Below are positions 35,357 to 48,097 of a stretch of DNA of 64,000 bases, piece by piece; position 1 is the stretch's first letter, and the number at the start of each line of letters is the position of its first letter. This stretch comes from Torpedo marmorata (lineage: Eukaryota). The position numbers and the translations under genes were made by a program. Location: the NCBI GenBank assembly GCA_977017645.1, contig OZ360231.1, forward strand, positions 84,134,001 to 84,198,000. The letters run 5' to 3'. The notes below the pieces were generated by a model. It was not told where the DNA came from. It saw nothing but the letters and a program-made list of their open reading frames with translations, and searched no databases.

Positions 35357-38300
35357 TATTTCTTCCTTTGCTGCATAAAAGACACTGTTTGACCTGCTGA
35401 GTTTCTCCAGCATTTGTGTTTTTTGCCCGTTAAGTCCTTTGCTTTTTGATATAGTATTAGCACCTTTAGCTGTTGCTCTTCAACAGTGTAGAGAATTTAA
35501 AGGTATAACTAGAAATCGAATTGAACATAAAGTATCTCTCTATGCAGATGATTTACTGTTATTTATTTCAAACCCTGATGTCTATATACCAAATATATTA
35601 TCCTTGTTTTCTCAATTTAGTCAATTTTCAGGGTATAAATTAAATCTACACAAGAGTGAAGTATTGCCTTAAAGATGACCTCTTATTAATTATCCAAATT
35701 TTCTGTTTAAAATAGTGAAAGATCAATTCCAATATTTAGGAATAACAATTACAAAAAGCCATAAAAATATATTGAAAGAAAATTTTTGGGTATTAGTCAA
35801 CAAGGTTAAATTACAATTAGCGGGTTGGTCACCCTTATCTATTACAATGATGGGTCGTATCAACTCGATTAAAATGAATATTTTGCCTAAATTCCTGTAT
35901 CTTTTCCAATCCTTACCAATTTTTATTCCTAAAACTTTTTTTACTTCATTAAATTCGGTTCTTTCTTCATATATATGGCAGGGAAAACAACCACATATAA
36001 ATAAATCCCATCTTCAAAAAATCAAAAGGAATGGAGGGTTATCACTTCCAGGCTTTAGATTTTATTATTGGGCGATTAATATTTGAAATTTACTTTTGTT
36101 ATTTCATTTTGATAAACTAGAGAATCGCCCCTCTTGGGTGGAAATGGAATTGGTTTTTGAAAAAAACATCTATGTTGGCAATTTTAGGTTCCTTTTTACC
36201 ATTTTCATTTTTTAAATTAACTCATAACCCTTTAATGAGATATAGGTTTAGAATATGGGCACAGTTTAGAAATTTTTTTGGATTTAATAGTTTTTCTCTT
36301 GCTTGTCCTATTATAGATAATCACCTTTTCCAGCCATCTGTGATGGATGTAGGATTTAGGGAATGGTATAGATTGGGAATTCATAGTTTTAATGATCTTT
36401 TTATTTGAGATGGTTTTGCCACTTTTGAACAATTGGTCAATAAATTTAATCTTACTAATAGACATTTTTTTTAGATATTTACAAATTAGACATTTTGTTC
36501 AGTCTTAGCTTTCAGGTTTTCCTCGAATTTCAAGTTCTAATTTTCTCGATTTACTTTTTAATCTACGGTTCTTTTTCCAATGTGGATTAACATCATGTAT
36601 ATATAATAATTTATTGGAAATCAGAGTAGCTTCTATGACGGGGATCAAGAATGAATGGGAACGTGATTTGAATGTTAGATTTTCAGATGAAGATTGGTAT
36701 CAGACTCTTAGTCTAATTAATGCCTCATTATTCTGTGCAAGACACTGTTTATTACAATTTAAAGTGGTACATAGAATTCATATGTCTAAACTTAAACTAT
36801 CACGTTTTTACACCGATATTGATCCATTGTGTGAGAGGTGTAACATTTTTGAAGCTTCACTGATACATACCGTATGTTTTGGGAATGTCCCAATTTGGAG
36901 AGATTTTGGAAGGATATTTTTAAAACTTTAACATTGATTTTTAAGATTAATATAGAACCATGTCCTTTAATTGCTCTGTTTGGATTTTCACGTGAACCAA
37001 ATATACCTTTATCTGCATCTCAGGAAAAAGTTTTAGCTTTTTCCACGTTGACAGCCAGACGAGCAATTTTATTGAAATGGAAAGATGAGTCACCACCGAC
37101 ACATACAGTGGTTACAGGATGTAATGTCCTATCTGAGTTTGGAGAAAATTAGATATAATATTAAAGCTAGAAAGTTTCAATTTTTAAAGATATGGGGGCC
37201 ATTCATTGAATACTATCATGATTGGAAGAATTAATAAAGGTGATTATCCCGAGGAGTCTTTGTCCGATGCCTGGAGGTCGCTGCAGGATCCATATTTTTT
37301 TCCCTTTTTTTCCCAATATCAAGGTAACCTTGTTTAGAGGGAGGGGTTAGATTAGAATAGCTTTTAGTGTTTTTTTTTTGTTCTTGTTTTTTTTTTCTTT
37401 TTATTTTATTTTGGATTTTTTTAGAATAATTACATGTAATAAGAATTTTAACTTATATTTAGAACTTGGTTAAGACGACTTATTTTTTTTTCTATATATA
37501 TACATGTATAAATACCAGATGAATGTTCAAATGTTGTTCTTAATTTGTTATTCTGTATACATGTTTATTTGTTGAAACTCAAAAAAAATATTTTAAAAAG
37601 AAAAGAAAGAAGTGCAGTCTCTGTTGCACCTTCCTGACAAGTGAGGAGATATTGTGGACTCCGAGGAACTTCTGTCATGTCATCTGCAAACTTGATTCTG
37701 TTGGTGCTGGATCTTGTGTTGCAGTCGTGGGTCAGGAGCAGGCTGAGTGCACAGCCCTGAGGTGCGCCAGTGCTCAGCGCGATGATGCTCGATGTTCTGC
37801 TGCCAACCCAGACAGACTGTGGTCTTTCCGTTAGGAAGTTCAGAATCCATTTACAGAGAAGGGTGTTGAGTCCCAGCGAGGACGGCTTCTCTATCAGAGC
37901 TCTTCAGTCAGAAGGTACTTAATATTGATTTGGATCCAATTCTGCAGGCGCAAATCTGATTTGTGTCTTGGCCAACTATCAAAATCCTTGGCATGCTGAG
38001 AGTCCTGTTCAACTGGTTCTTGTCTCAGCAACAAGATGGATGAGAGAATTTGCCAAACTCACTGCAAGGTGAAAGCTCAAAAATAGAAAAAAAAAAGCCC
38101 TGCCCTCCCGTAGAGTTTGTATCTCTTAAATTATTGGTGTTCTTCTCTTGAATTCCTGTTGTATGACAACAAAACTAAATTGGCAAGGCCTCTGCTCCCC
38201 TGACTGATCATTACTGGGTGTGAGTGTCGGGCAGGTTTTAACTCTGTTAACCAATTCACTGATCAGTGCCTGGAGAGGAGCCTCATAGTTCTGCCTTTGA

Positions 38301-38649
38301 AAACTCAATTTCCCATAGGTTTTCATTAGCAATGGCCTTTTCCACTGAACCTCAGTGTCTCCCTGTGTTCATTAGGAAAGTTCGGAAGGAAAGATTAACC
38401 ATAATGGCAAATATTGACTGCGGTGGCTGACGGTTCTGAATAGAATCATTTACGTTTAGGTTTTCTAAGCATATTGCTTTTGTTATATTTTATAGCTTTT
38501 TTTAAAAATAAAAAATACTTTTAATTTTAACAGTTCATGGAAGGTTTCCTGGACTAACATCTGGCATCAGCAGATTATTGTACAGTTATACAGCACAGAA
38601 AAAGGCCCTTCAGCCCATTTTATCCATGCTGGTCATGATGAAAGGCTCG

Positions 38650-39050
38650 GCTTGCGTCTACTGCAAGAGTGTAAGGTGACGGTTGAAACATATTCGATCC
38701 TGAGGGGTCTTGCCACGGTGAATATAGAGAGGATATTTCCTTTTGTGGGAGAATCCAGAACTAGGGTTAACTGATTAAAAATAAGAGGTTGCTTATTAAA
38801 GACGGAGATGAGTGGATTTTTTTTCTAATTGGAGCTCTGTTCCTTAAATGGCAGTGGGAGCAGATTCTTCAAATATTTTTAAGTTAAATTTAGATAAATT
38901 CTTGATTAAGCAAGGGAGTGAAAGAGCAAGAGGTATTAAATGGCAATAATGGAGTTTAGGATAGTCAAATTAGCCATGATCTTCTTAAATTATGGAACAG
39001 ACACAAAGGGCTGAGTGGCCTACTTGTATATTCATATGTATTGCTATTTT
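38650..39050 (+). mobile_element. Old CR1 3' fragment
   Basis: GAGAGGATATTTCC...AGAACTAGGG and GGGCTGAGTGGCCTACT tail motifs. Confidence 0.55.
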
Positions 39051-39334
39051 ACTTCACAAAGCACTTAATCAAGTTAATTGAGCATGGTTTGTTTTTAACA
39101 AATACCTGGTGGCTTGCCTGAATTAATCTGCATTTATCCAAGTGATTGTTAATTTTGCTCTGTTTATGATTCACCTCATATTTGTCCCATCTCTCAAATT
39201 CTAATGGATGTAGCTCCACTGGGAAGGAGTACATGAGCCTCATGTAAATGCAGTATAACTCACCTCATGGAATTTTAAGGGCCTGGACAGGTTTTATCTT
39301 GCTATCATTTCCAGAAGACGCACTTTTCCTTATT

Positions 39335-39627
39335 ATCAGAGTATCAGAGCCAGCACCACCAGGCTGAAGAACAGCTTCTTCCCACGGGCAGTGAGAATGC
39401 TGAACGACCAAAGGAACTGCTCACACTAACCATCCGAGACTCTCATTTGTACAAAACAATATTCATTTATTTATTTTTATAGTTAAAATACTTATCCAGC
39501 ATATGTATTATTTGTATGTATGTGTCTTATATCTGGTTGTGTGCCTGCATGTTTTGCACCGAAGACTGGAGAACAGTTTCGTCAGTTTGTACTTGTACAA
39601 TCAGATGACAATAAACTTGACTTGACT
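39335..39627 (+). mobile_element. Rex1/Babar 3' end
   Basis: ACCACCAGGCTGAAGAACAGCTTCTTCCC (TTRLKNSFFP) and tail GATGACAATAAACTTGACTTGACT. Confidence 0.75.
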
Positions 39628-39738
39628 TATTGCATAGGGGTAAGGGTAGTTCTTATACTTATCAGTGCTCTGTCTGCTGGTGCTAAACAGATGGCAACAG
39701 GATTTTCTGGCTTAATTCACACCCACCCAAGATGGTTA

Positions 39739-40130
39739 CTGTATATGCCGGCGTATGATTCTGTTTTGGGCAACCCCCTGAAGTTCCAACTAAAATGTAG
39801 GTTTTGAGCTATACTCGCTGTATAAGACTACCCCAAGTCTTACTGCCCCAATAGTCCTTCACCAATCATCCCTCTGACCAGTGGAGTGATGCTGTCACAA
39901 TATTTTAAAAGCAAATTACCCACTAAAGATTTAAATGTTATTAGCATATTTAAAAATAAACCACCATTGGCTCCTTTAACAGGCCACTGAAAACCTGTAT
40001 AGAGCTGGTGGGGGAGCGCTGAGACTTTGCTGTTAAGGTTCGGCTTTTATACTTGCCATATTGACGACCCCTGGTTTTGGGGTGACATTTTAAAAGTTCC
40101 AAGTCCTATCTTATACGCTGGCATATACGG
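39739..40130. mobile_element. Tc1/mariner-superfamily (Tc2/pogo-like) MITE
   Basis: TIRs CTGTATATGCCGGCGTATGA / TCTTATACGCTGGCATATACGG; TA on the left flank. Confidence 0.7.
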
Positions 40131-40283
40131 TCATTTTGTTCCCTTTCATGGTGATCATCTTATTTCCCCATCATCGTCTGAATTTTATATTTGGTCAGAA
40201 AATAGCTGGAAATCATTCTCTTTAAATGTGATGAGTTGCAGATGCAGCTTCTGCCTTTTTCTTTCATGCATGGAGCACCTCTG

Positions 40284-40439
40284 CAGCATGGAACCTGGGC
40301 TGGGTATAGAGCATAACATCACTGAATCATCACCAGCATGGAACCTGGGCTGGGTATAGAGCATAACATCACTGAATCATCACCAGCATGGAACCTGGGC
40401 TGGGTATAGAGCATAACATTACTGAATCATCACCAGCAT
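40284..40439. repeat. 50-bp tandem repeat, 3 copies
   Basis: CAGCATGGAACCTGGGCTGGGTATAGAGCATAACATCACTGAATCATCAC at 40284, 40334 and 40384 (one substitution). Confidence 0.95.
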
Positions 40440-40479
40440 CATCTTTGCCAGAATAGGCAGCATCGTTGCATATTTAAAA

Positions 40480-40715
40480 ATTTTTTAATTTAAATTTAAA
40501 TTTACATGAGCCTGCGCCACCTAAATACACCCAATTGACCTACAACCCCCAGTACGTTTTGAAGGGTGGGAGGAAACTGGAGCACCCAGAGGAAACCCAT
40601 GCAGACGTGGGGAGAACGTACAAACTCCTTACAGACAGCGCCGGATTTGAACCCCGGTCGCTGGCACTGTAACAGCGTTGCGCTAACTGCTACACTACGC
40701 CAACCGTGCCGGCTA
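40480..40715 (-). mobile_element. tRNA-derived V-SINE (HE1-like)
   Basis: V-core GGAGGAAACTGGAGCACCCAGAGGAAACCCATGCAGAC...CAAACTCC; B box GGTTCAAATCC on the minus strand. Confidence 0.85.
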
Positions 40716-41429
40716 CTATGCTAACCGTGATAGCGAATTTAACTTACTGGATGCAAAGAGAGAAATTTGACTCCTTTCCCCTGGAAGTAAATTTGTTGTT
40801 AAATAGTAATAGTAGTTGACTATTATGTAATTAACTGTTATTAAGAAAATTATTTGAGTGATTTTTGGAGCATTGTAAAGTAGGCAGAAAAATAAATTAT
40901 ACAAGTTTGCATGACAGATTGTAATCAGACTGAGAGATAATCATTCACATCAGAAACTGGAACAAGAGAAATCAAATACAGTAATCGTGTACTGAGGTTG
41001 GGAATGGGATCTCTGCCCACTCTGCATTCTGAATTGTGATATTACATTGAGATATATTGTGCCTGACAACAACATACTTTCACCAGACTGATGGCCAAAT
41101 TGTAGGGACAATAGCTGCTGCTGATTACTTGCCATATCTATTCTCGAGGAAGGTAGAACAATCCAGAGAAGAAGGGGATAAGCAGCTGAAAGTTTCTGGT
41201 TCTTTGTTTCATGTTCAGATTATAGAAAATAGCTGCATTCAGCAGCAGAGGAAATTCTGTCATTAATGCAGGTTCTGATGCAAGATTTTGCACAATTTTG
41301 CAATGTTTTTCTTAGATTAGTTAAATCCAGATGGCACCTTTCTGCAATGATGCCCACATCTCATCCAACCTACTAAAACAGCTGATGGTAGCAGATCTGG
41401 AGTGAACCCAGAAGGTGTAAACATGCTTT

Positions 41430-41930
41430 TTGTTCAGTCCTGAAACCTTGACTGTTCCTTTCTCTCCAAGGATGCTGCCTGAACTGTTGATGCTTCCTCC
41501 AGCAATATGCTTTTATGCTCCGGATTGGAACACCTACAGTCCTTCTGAGTCTTCATTTTATTGCCCTTTTGTGAAGTCTCTTCATGGAGTGCTAACTTTG
41601 AAAAAGTTTTCCTCCACTCTTCAATGGGAGGTCGTCTGTGAAACTCTCTCTCACTGACTTCCCTCTGTGAATTCCTGCTCTTCAACCATGTTCTCACCAA
41701 GACAGGCTGCCACAGCCAGGTGCCCTTCCTCTGTTCTTGTCTGCATCGCCATCTTCTCCCATGTAGCTTCCAGCTTCATTTTCAGGTCTCTCTGCTTTGC
41801 CCCAGTGCTAATGCAGGGCCTCAACCCAAAATGTTGTCCATCCCTCTGCCTTCACCAATGCTGCCTGGCCCATTGAGTTCCTTCATCAGTTGTTTTTTTT
41901 GTTCCATATTCCAGCATTTGCAGTCCCCCT
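41430..41930 (+). mobile_element. Two decayed Penelope pLTR-derived fragments
   Basis: GATGCTGCCTG...TGAG/TTCCTCCAGC...TGCAGTC end motifs preceded by degenerate hammerhead-like sequence. Confidence 0.55.
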
Positions 41931-42631
41931 GCTGATCATGTTCCCTCAAAAACAACTGCCTTGCAGGCAGAGACAAAGGAATGGCCTGAAGGTAATCCAC
42001 ACTCATGAAATAAATTATAAACTAGCACAGATCTCAAACGTCATTCTGCCCTCCTTCTTGCAAAGCAGATTGCTGGTCTAAGAAGTTTAGCAGCAAGAAT
42101 AACACACAGATGCTTTTGCAAACAATTCAGCAGCTGCTGCTGGAAAATCTGTCTCTTTCAGAGCATGCAGACAAGGTTTTTTCACGCTTGTCCCTCTTTC
42201 ACAGGGCGAAGTACCTGTAATAGCATTACTGGAAAGGTACCAGCTTTGTCCTTATTCCTTTTTATAGACAGTCCCTCGAGGTTGAGCCTGGTTCCACTCC
42301 AGGTGTGAGGAATAAGGATGACCTTGCATCAATTCTTTTAACATGGGGTCGTCATTGCACACAAGCTAACACATGGTCTTACTTTAGAGGAGGTAATAAC
42401 CTGCTTTCATGATGCCGGTTCTAGCTAGGGAACCTTCTGTGCTCTTCTTCAAACAGAGTAATGGTGATATAAATAAGTCAAAATTGCTGGTCCTCAGCAG
42501 GTCAGGAGGAGAATCAGGGCATGTTACTCATTTGTTTCAAACAGGTGTCAATCATACCGGTGCCCAAGAAGTAGTAACCTGCCTTAATGACTATTGACCA
42601 GTAGCACTTACATCAACAGTGATGAAGTGTT

Positions 42632-45293
42632 CCCAAATAATAAATTTATTATCAATCGAGTTAGAATTAATCTGTAAAAATTCTTGAATTTCTCTTATAT
42701 AATTACAAAAATCCATTCTTTTTAATAAAGAAGAATTAAATCTCCACCTATATATAGTTTTTTCTTTTTCTGGAATTATACATGACATTAATAGAGGGGA
42801 GTGATCAGAAATTATTCTTGCTTTGTATTGTGCTTGAGTCACCCTATCTTCTACTTGTGAGGACAATAAAAACATATCTATTCTAGAGTATGAGTCATGC
42901 CTAAACGAATAGAAAGAATAATCTTTTTCTCTTGGATTCAACTTTCTCCAAATATCTATTAAATTTAAATCTTTCATCAAAGTAAGAATTATTTTAGCAA
43001 TTTTAGTTCTAATAGTTGATCTCGATGTTTTATCTATTATTGGATCTAAACAACAATTAAAATCCCCACCAATTAAAATATTATCATTAGCTTCTAACAA
43101 ATGCATAAAAGAATCGAATAAATTGTTCATCTTCCATATTTGATACATATGTATTCATGAGTGTCCACATTCCTGAATATTTCTGACAATGTATTAAAAC
43201 ATATCTACCTGCCACATCTACAACCACAGATTGTATTTTAAAAGGTAACTTTTTATTAACTAATATAGCAGCTCCTTTTGCTTTAGAATTAAGTGAAGAC
43301 GCAACCACTTGACCAACCCATTCTCTTTTCAACTTCTGATGTTCTATATCTTTCAAATGTGTCTCTTGTAAAAAAGCTATGTCTACATTTAACTTTTTAA
43401 TATATGATAAAGTTTTCTTCCTTTTAATCGGATTATTTAGCCCATTTATATTAATACTTACTACATTTATTGATTTACTATCCGCCATTTCTAGTTTTTA
43501 ATAAGTCTCTCTCCATCAGATCCACCGGCACCCGCTTCCACATTTGTAATCTATTTGACATTTCCTTAGAGAAAAAAAAGAAAAAGATAAAAAAGAAACA
43601 AAAAACTAAAAACCCAACTATATTCAATACTGGCATAAATACTCCAGTACTACCACCCTCCATTGCTCGGGAAGTAGCCCTCGCCACTAAGGTGATGTGT
43701 GACTAGGTAGGAGAGAACAAAAAGTCCACCTCCCCCAACAGATTTTACACAACATTTATTATCATATCTTCATCCAACTTCGAGCTCTTTATTAGTTTGA
43801 TCCTCATTGATCTCGACCTCATCTTCTTGTCCTGAAACACTTAGCAGAGGCAAGACTTGAGTTGGTGAAATATCTTGAACTTGATGTTGTTCCATCAAAT
43901 TTTGATCTTTCTCCAAGTTCGGAAGGGAATTTGCATTTTGCAGAGCTTGTTGATAATCAGCAAAAAAAATTGATTGATTCCCTGTCGATTGAACCTTCAA
44001 AACCGCAGGGTATCTAAATGAAAATTTATATCCCTTACTCCAAAGAATCGCTTTTGCTGGATTAAATTCTTTTCATTTTTTAGCTATTACTGAACTTAAA
44101 TCAGGGTAAAAGAAAATCTTTTTATTCTGAATTATCAATGGACTTTTTTTATGCCTAGCATTTTGAACAGCCAGTTGTAATACCTTCTCTCTATCCTGGT
44201 ATCGAAGACATTTAACTAACACTGAGCGTGGCCTTTGTCCAGGATATGGTTTCTTTCTACTGACTCTATGAGCTCTCTCTAACTCCAGTCCATACGTGAA
44301 ATTTTTAATACCCAAAACATCTGGAATCCATTTTTGAAAGAATTCAGTCGTATTATACCCTTCAAAATTTTCAGGCAGTCCCACAATTTTAATATTATTC
44401 CTCCGACTCTGGTTTTCCAATACATCCAATTTTTGTAAAAGTTAATTTATTTGCTGCTCCCAACCTGTAAATGAATCTTCCACTTTATCAACTCTATCTT
44501 TATAATCCACCATTTCTTCATAGTGCTCTTTAACATCCTTTTCAATTTCTTGAACTTTCAATTTTACTGTTTTCTCATATCTTGCTTCATGGTTTTTATT
44601 TCTTCTTCAATTCCATTAAATCTATATTCCATACATTGATTCAGCTTTGACACCTGCTTTGTTAAATTGTCAATAGCCTTAAGTATTTGTTGTTGAACTA
44701 CAGATACTTCAGTCTCTTCTCCACTTAGTTCTTCGTCCTCTCCCTCCATTTCTTCTATTTCTTCCTCCATTTCTTCTTTTTTCTCTCTCTTTTTATCTTC
44801 TGAATCTATTGAAGATGAAATTTCCTGTCCCACATCATACTGTAATGATTGTGGGACCTCTCTTTTGCCGTCAGCCTTAGCTGACAGCTCCCGTTCTCTA
44901 TTGCGCATGCGCATCATTTCACGCATGCGTGGTTGCTCACTTTCAATTTGTAGTCTTGCAGTCTTTCGAGCACCACTGCCATCTTCCCCAGCTCCCCGTG
45001 ACGGCAGCAGCGGTGTTTCAATTACTTTAAGCGCCCTCATCCGCGTCTTCCTAGGAGGGAGAGAAACTTGAGCCCAAGGCTCCATCAAGCAGGTAGGCCG
45101 ATCTTCCACTTGGAATAAACTTTGCTGAAGCACTACTTTCTTTGCCTTTTATTCCTTTGTTTTTCTTGTAGTCATTGTTAAACCTTTACTAAACACTCTT
45201 AACGTTTTTTTATAACTAAATAACATTTTTTAAACAGTTTTTAATTAATTCTGTGGGGAGAGGTGTATTTCCATGTCTCCAACCTACGCCATC
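42632..45293 (-). mobile_element. L1 5' half: short 5' UTR, ORF1 (ATG 45175) and ORF2 APE endonuclease
   Basis: ORF1 LENQSRRNNIKIVGLPE...LERAHR...FYPDLS; ORF2 VSININGLN, LQETH, GGDFN, SRID, SDH; 5' end GATGGCG. Confidence 0.92.
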
Positions 45294-46485
45294 AAATTTG
45301 CCAGGGTTTCTGGTGTCATACCAAACCTCCGCAAACTCTTGAGGAAGTAGAGGCGCTGACGTGCTTTCTTCACGATGGCATTGGTGTGTTGGGTCAAGGA
45401 AAGATCCTCCGAGATAGTGACTCCCAAGAACTTAAATTTGCTCACCCTCTCCACCTCTGATCCCCTAATGATCACTGGATTGTATACCTCTGGCTTTCCT
45501 TTCCTGAAGTCAACAATCAGCTCCTTAGTTTTGGTGACATTGAGTGCAAGGTTATTAGTGCACCATTCAGCCAAGTTTTCAATCTCCATCCTGTATACTG
45601 ACTCATCCCCTTCCTTTATACAACCCACTACCATGGTATCGTCGGCAAATTTGTAGATGTTGTTATTGTCATACCGAGCTACACAGTCATAGGTGTAAAG
45701 TGAGTAGAACAGGGGGCTAAGAACACAGCCATGTGGTGCTCCGGTACTGATGGATATTGTGGAGGAGAAGTTCTTACCAATTATCACTGATTGTGGTCTG
45801 GAGGTGAGGAAATCCATGATCCAATTACACAGTGGGGTGCTGATCTCTTTTGAGGGGATGATGGTGTTAAATGCCAAATTGTAGTCGATAAAGAGCATCC
45901 TGATGTATGCATCTTTGCTGTCCAGGTGTTCCAGGGCTTTGTGCAGAGCCAGTGAGATGGCACCCACCATAGATCTGTTACTACAATAGGCAAACAGGAA
46001 TGTATCCATGTCACCACTCAGACAGGAGCTGATATGCTTCATCACCAGCCTTTCAAAACACTTCATCACTGTTGATGTAAGTGCTACTGGTCAATAGTCA
46101 TTAAGGCAGGTTACTTCACTCTTGGGCACCGGTATGATTGACGCCTGTTTGAAACAGGTGGGTACCGTGCCCTGCTTGAGTGAGATATTGAAGATATCCG
46201 TGTAAACCTTGGTAAGTTGGTCAGCACAGATTTTTAATACTCGGCCAGGTACTCCATCCGGGCCGAATGCTTTTCTTGGATTCACTCTCCTGAAGGCAGC
46301 ACGCATGTCATCCTCAGATACGGACAGGATGGGATCATCAGGGGACGTGGGGGTGTGGAGGCGTGGGTCTTCGCTGTTACTGTCGTCAAATCGGGCTCAG
46401 AAGGTGTTGAGTTCATCTGGGGGAGAAACTTTGCCGTCTGCTACTTTACCGGATTTGGTTTTGTAACAGGTTATGGCCCTCCACT
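45294..46485 (-). mobile_element. Rex1/Babar RT fragment
   Basis: ORF 45284-46069 (MKCFERLV...[13 protein letters not shown]...KFADDT) and ORF 46091-46306 (GPDGVPGRVLK). Confidence 0.92.
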
Positions 46486-46779
46486 TGTGCTGCCCTCCAC
46501 GTGCTGCCCCAGCACTGAATCACCCATGGCTCAGTGTGGGGAGGCTGCCAGTGAAGCTGGGTTAGCTGAGCTGGGGCAAGCAGTGTGGTCTCCCAACGCT
46601 GAGAAGTGGGGATCAGGACTGGCCCCGAGCTGGTATGATGAGTGTGAGCCGTAGTAATACTGTTAGAAGCCCATCTTTCTCTGTAACACAACGATGAACT
46701 CCTTTAGTGGTGATTTCATTAGATATCCCATTACTGGGAATAAATACTGGATGCTAAGTGAGGTACCAGTGTGTACAAA

Positions 46780-46915
46780 CCCCCTTCTCGAGAAAGGATC
46801 CCAACCTGAAACGTTGACTGATCATTCTTCTTCATGGATGCTGCTGGACCTGCTGAGTCCATCCAGCTTCTCATTGTTTGTTCACGATCCCAACATCTGC
46901 AGTTCCGTGTTTCTC
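46780..46915 (+). mobile_element. Decayed Penelope pLTR fragment
   Basis: CCTGAAACGTTGACTG...GATGCTGCTGGACCTGCTGAGT...ACATCTGCAG. Confidence 0.6.
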
Positions 46916-47302
46916 CGTTCCTTGCCCTTCCAATGAGCAATATAATTCCTCAATGAAACAAGAGCTAAATTCTGAGCATGAACCACAAATGTGCCTTTTG
47001 AACAATGGATGAAGTTTTCGAAAATTAAAATAAAGAGGCTGTAAACCTCTTGAGAACAAAGATAACAGCAGGTGACTAAATACAATGACACAGTTTACTT
47101 CAATATTTTTGGTGCAAATAGTTCTCGAATTATACAGTTTACAATGGGAACACATCTCATCTGTCAGGACACCTCTATGGCTTTACTGGGGCAAAATTGT
47201 TCTTGTGATTGCTTTAAAAACTTCTGAGGACAGAAGCTCTAGATGCTCACAATTAGTACTATGGGCCCTAGATGCATAAAATTAATATTATATGGTACAC
47301 AA

Positions 47303-48097
47303 ATGTTAAATGCCGAACTGTAGTCGATAAAGAGCATCCTGATGTATGCATCTTTGCTGTCCACGTGTTCCAGGGCTTTGTGTAGTGCCAGTGAGATGGC
47401 ATCCACCTTAGATCTGTTACAGGTGCCTAACCTTTTATCTGAAAACCTTGGGACCGGACACTTTTCGGAATTCGGAGTTTTTCGGATTATAGAATTATAG
47501 AGGCCAACGTCCCCGCTGCTGCCGACCCGGAGGCCGACGTCACCGGCCCCGTTGTGATTTGGAACGCCGACCTAGGTCCTGACCTGCAGGGAGGCCAACG
47601 CAGAACCGACTCCTGACCTGCCGGGTGGCCGACGCTGGATCCGCTCCCGCGATGGACACAGCCCAGGACATCACAGGAAAAACCCTCCCCACTATTGAGT
47701 ACATCTACAGGGAATGCTGCTGTCGGAGAGCAGCAGCAATCATCAAAGACCCACATCACCCAGCACACGCTCTGTTCTCGCTGCTGCCATCAGGAAAGAG
47801 GTATAGGTGCCACCAGGTTCAGGAACAGCTGCTACCCCTCCACCATCAGACTCCTCAACGACAAACTCAATCAAAGACTCATTTAAGGACTCTTACTTGT
47901 GCACTTTATTGATTTTCTTTTTGTTCTCTCTCTGTTTGTTTACATTTGCTATCTGTTTACAGTTCTTTGTTTATTTACATGTGTACGTTGTGTACAGTTT
48001 ATTTTTTGCCCTACCAATTAGTGGTAATTCTGCCGCGCCCGCAGGAAAAAGGAATCTCAGGGTTATATGTACTCTGACAATAAATCTGAATCTGAAA
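47303..48097 (+). mobile_element. Composite: inverted Rex1 RT piece (47303-47420), Tc1/mariner-like end with GC-rich segment, then Rex1 3' end (47651-48097)
   Basis: 47303-47420 resembles 45866-45980; ORF 47625-47912 (KDPHHPAHALFSLLPSGKRYR); tail TGACAATAAATCTGAATCTGAA. Confidence 0.7.

Larger units (their letters stand above)
31550..35422 (-). mobile_element. Penelope-like element (Neptune-type), near full length, with ~900-bp inverted 3' copy; 14-bp TSD
   Basis: TSD TTGCC(T/C)GTTAAGTC at 31536-31549 and 35423-35436; 34521-35422 is an inverted copy of ~31585-32497. Confidence 0.93.
30968..37605 (+). mobile_element. L1 (family B), 5'-truncated; 15-bp TSD AAAGAAGTGCAGTCT; interrupted by a Penelope-like element
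   Basis: TSD at 30953-30967 and 37606-37620; GKSPGPDG, LDAKKAFDRVEW, SLYADDLL, GRINSIKMNILPKFLYLFQ, CERC. Confidence 0.9.
30392..37880 (-). mobile_element. Rex1/Babar fragment (30392-30967 and 37606-~37880) split by an L1
   Basis: ORF 30836-31039 (RRLMRARLP...FYRSSIESILVGCITVWYG); tail TTTATTTGTCATC; continues past the TSD. Confidence 0.8.

Noticed and set aside
38020-38075. Candidate micro-exon (cag...gtgaaa) and similar splice-like sites near 54620-54725 and 55700
   Set aside because: No recognisable peptide or consistent exon chain; such sites arise by chance
40284-40439. CRISPR-like array
   Set aside because: Head-to-tail identical units with no unique spacers
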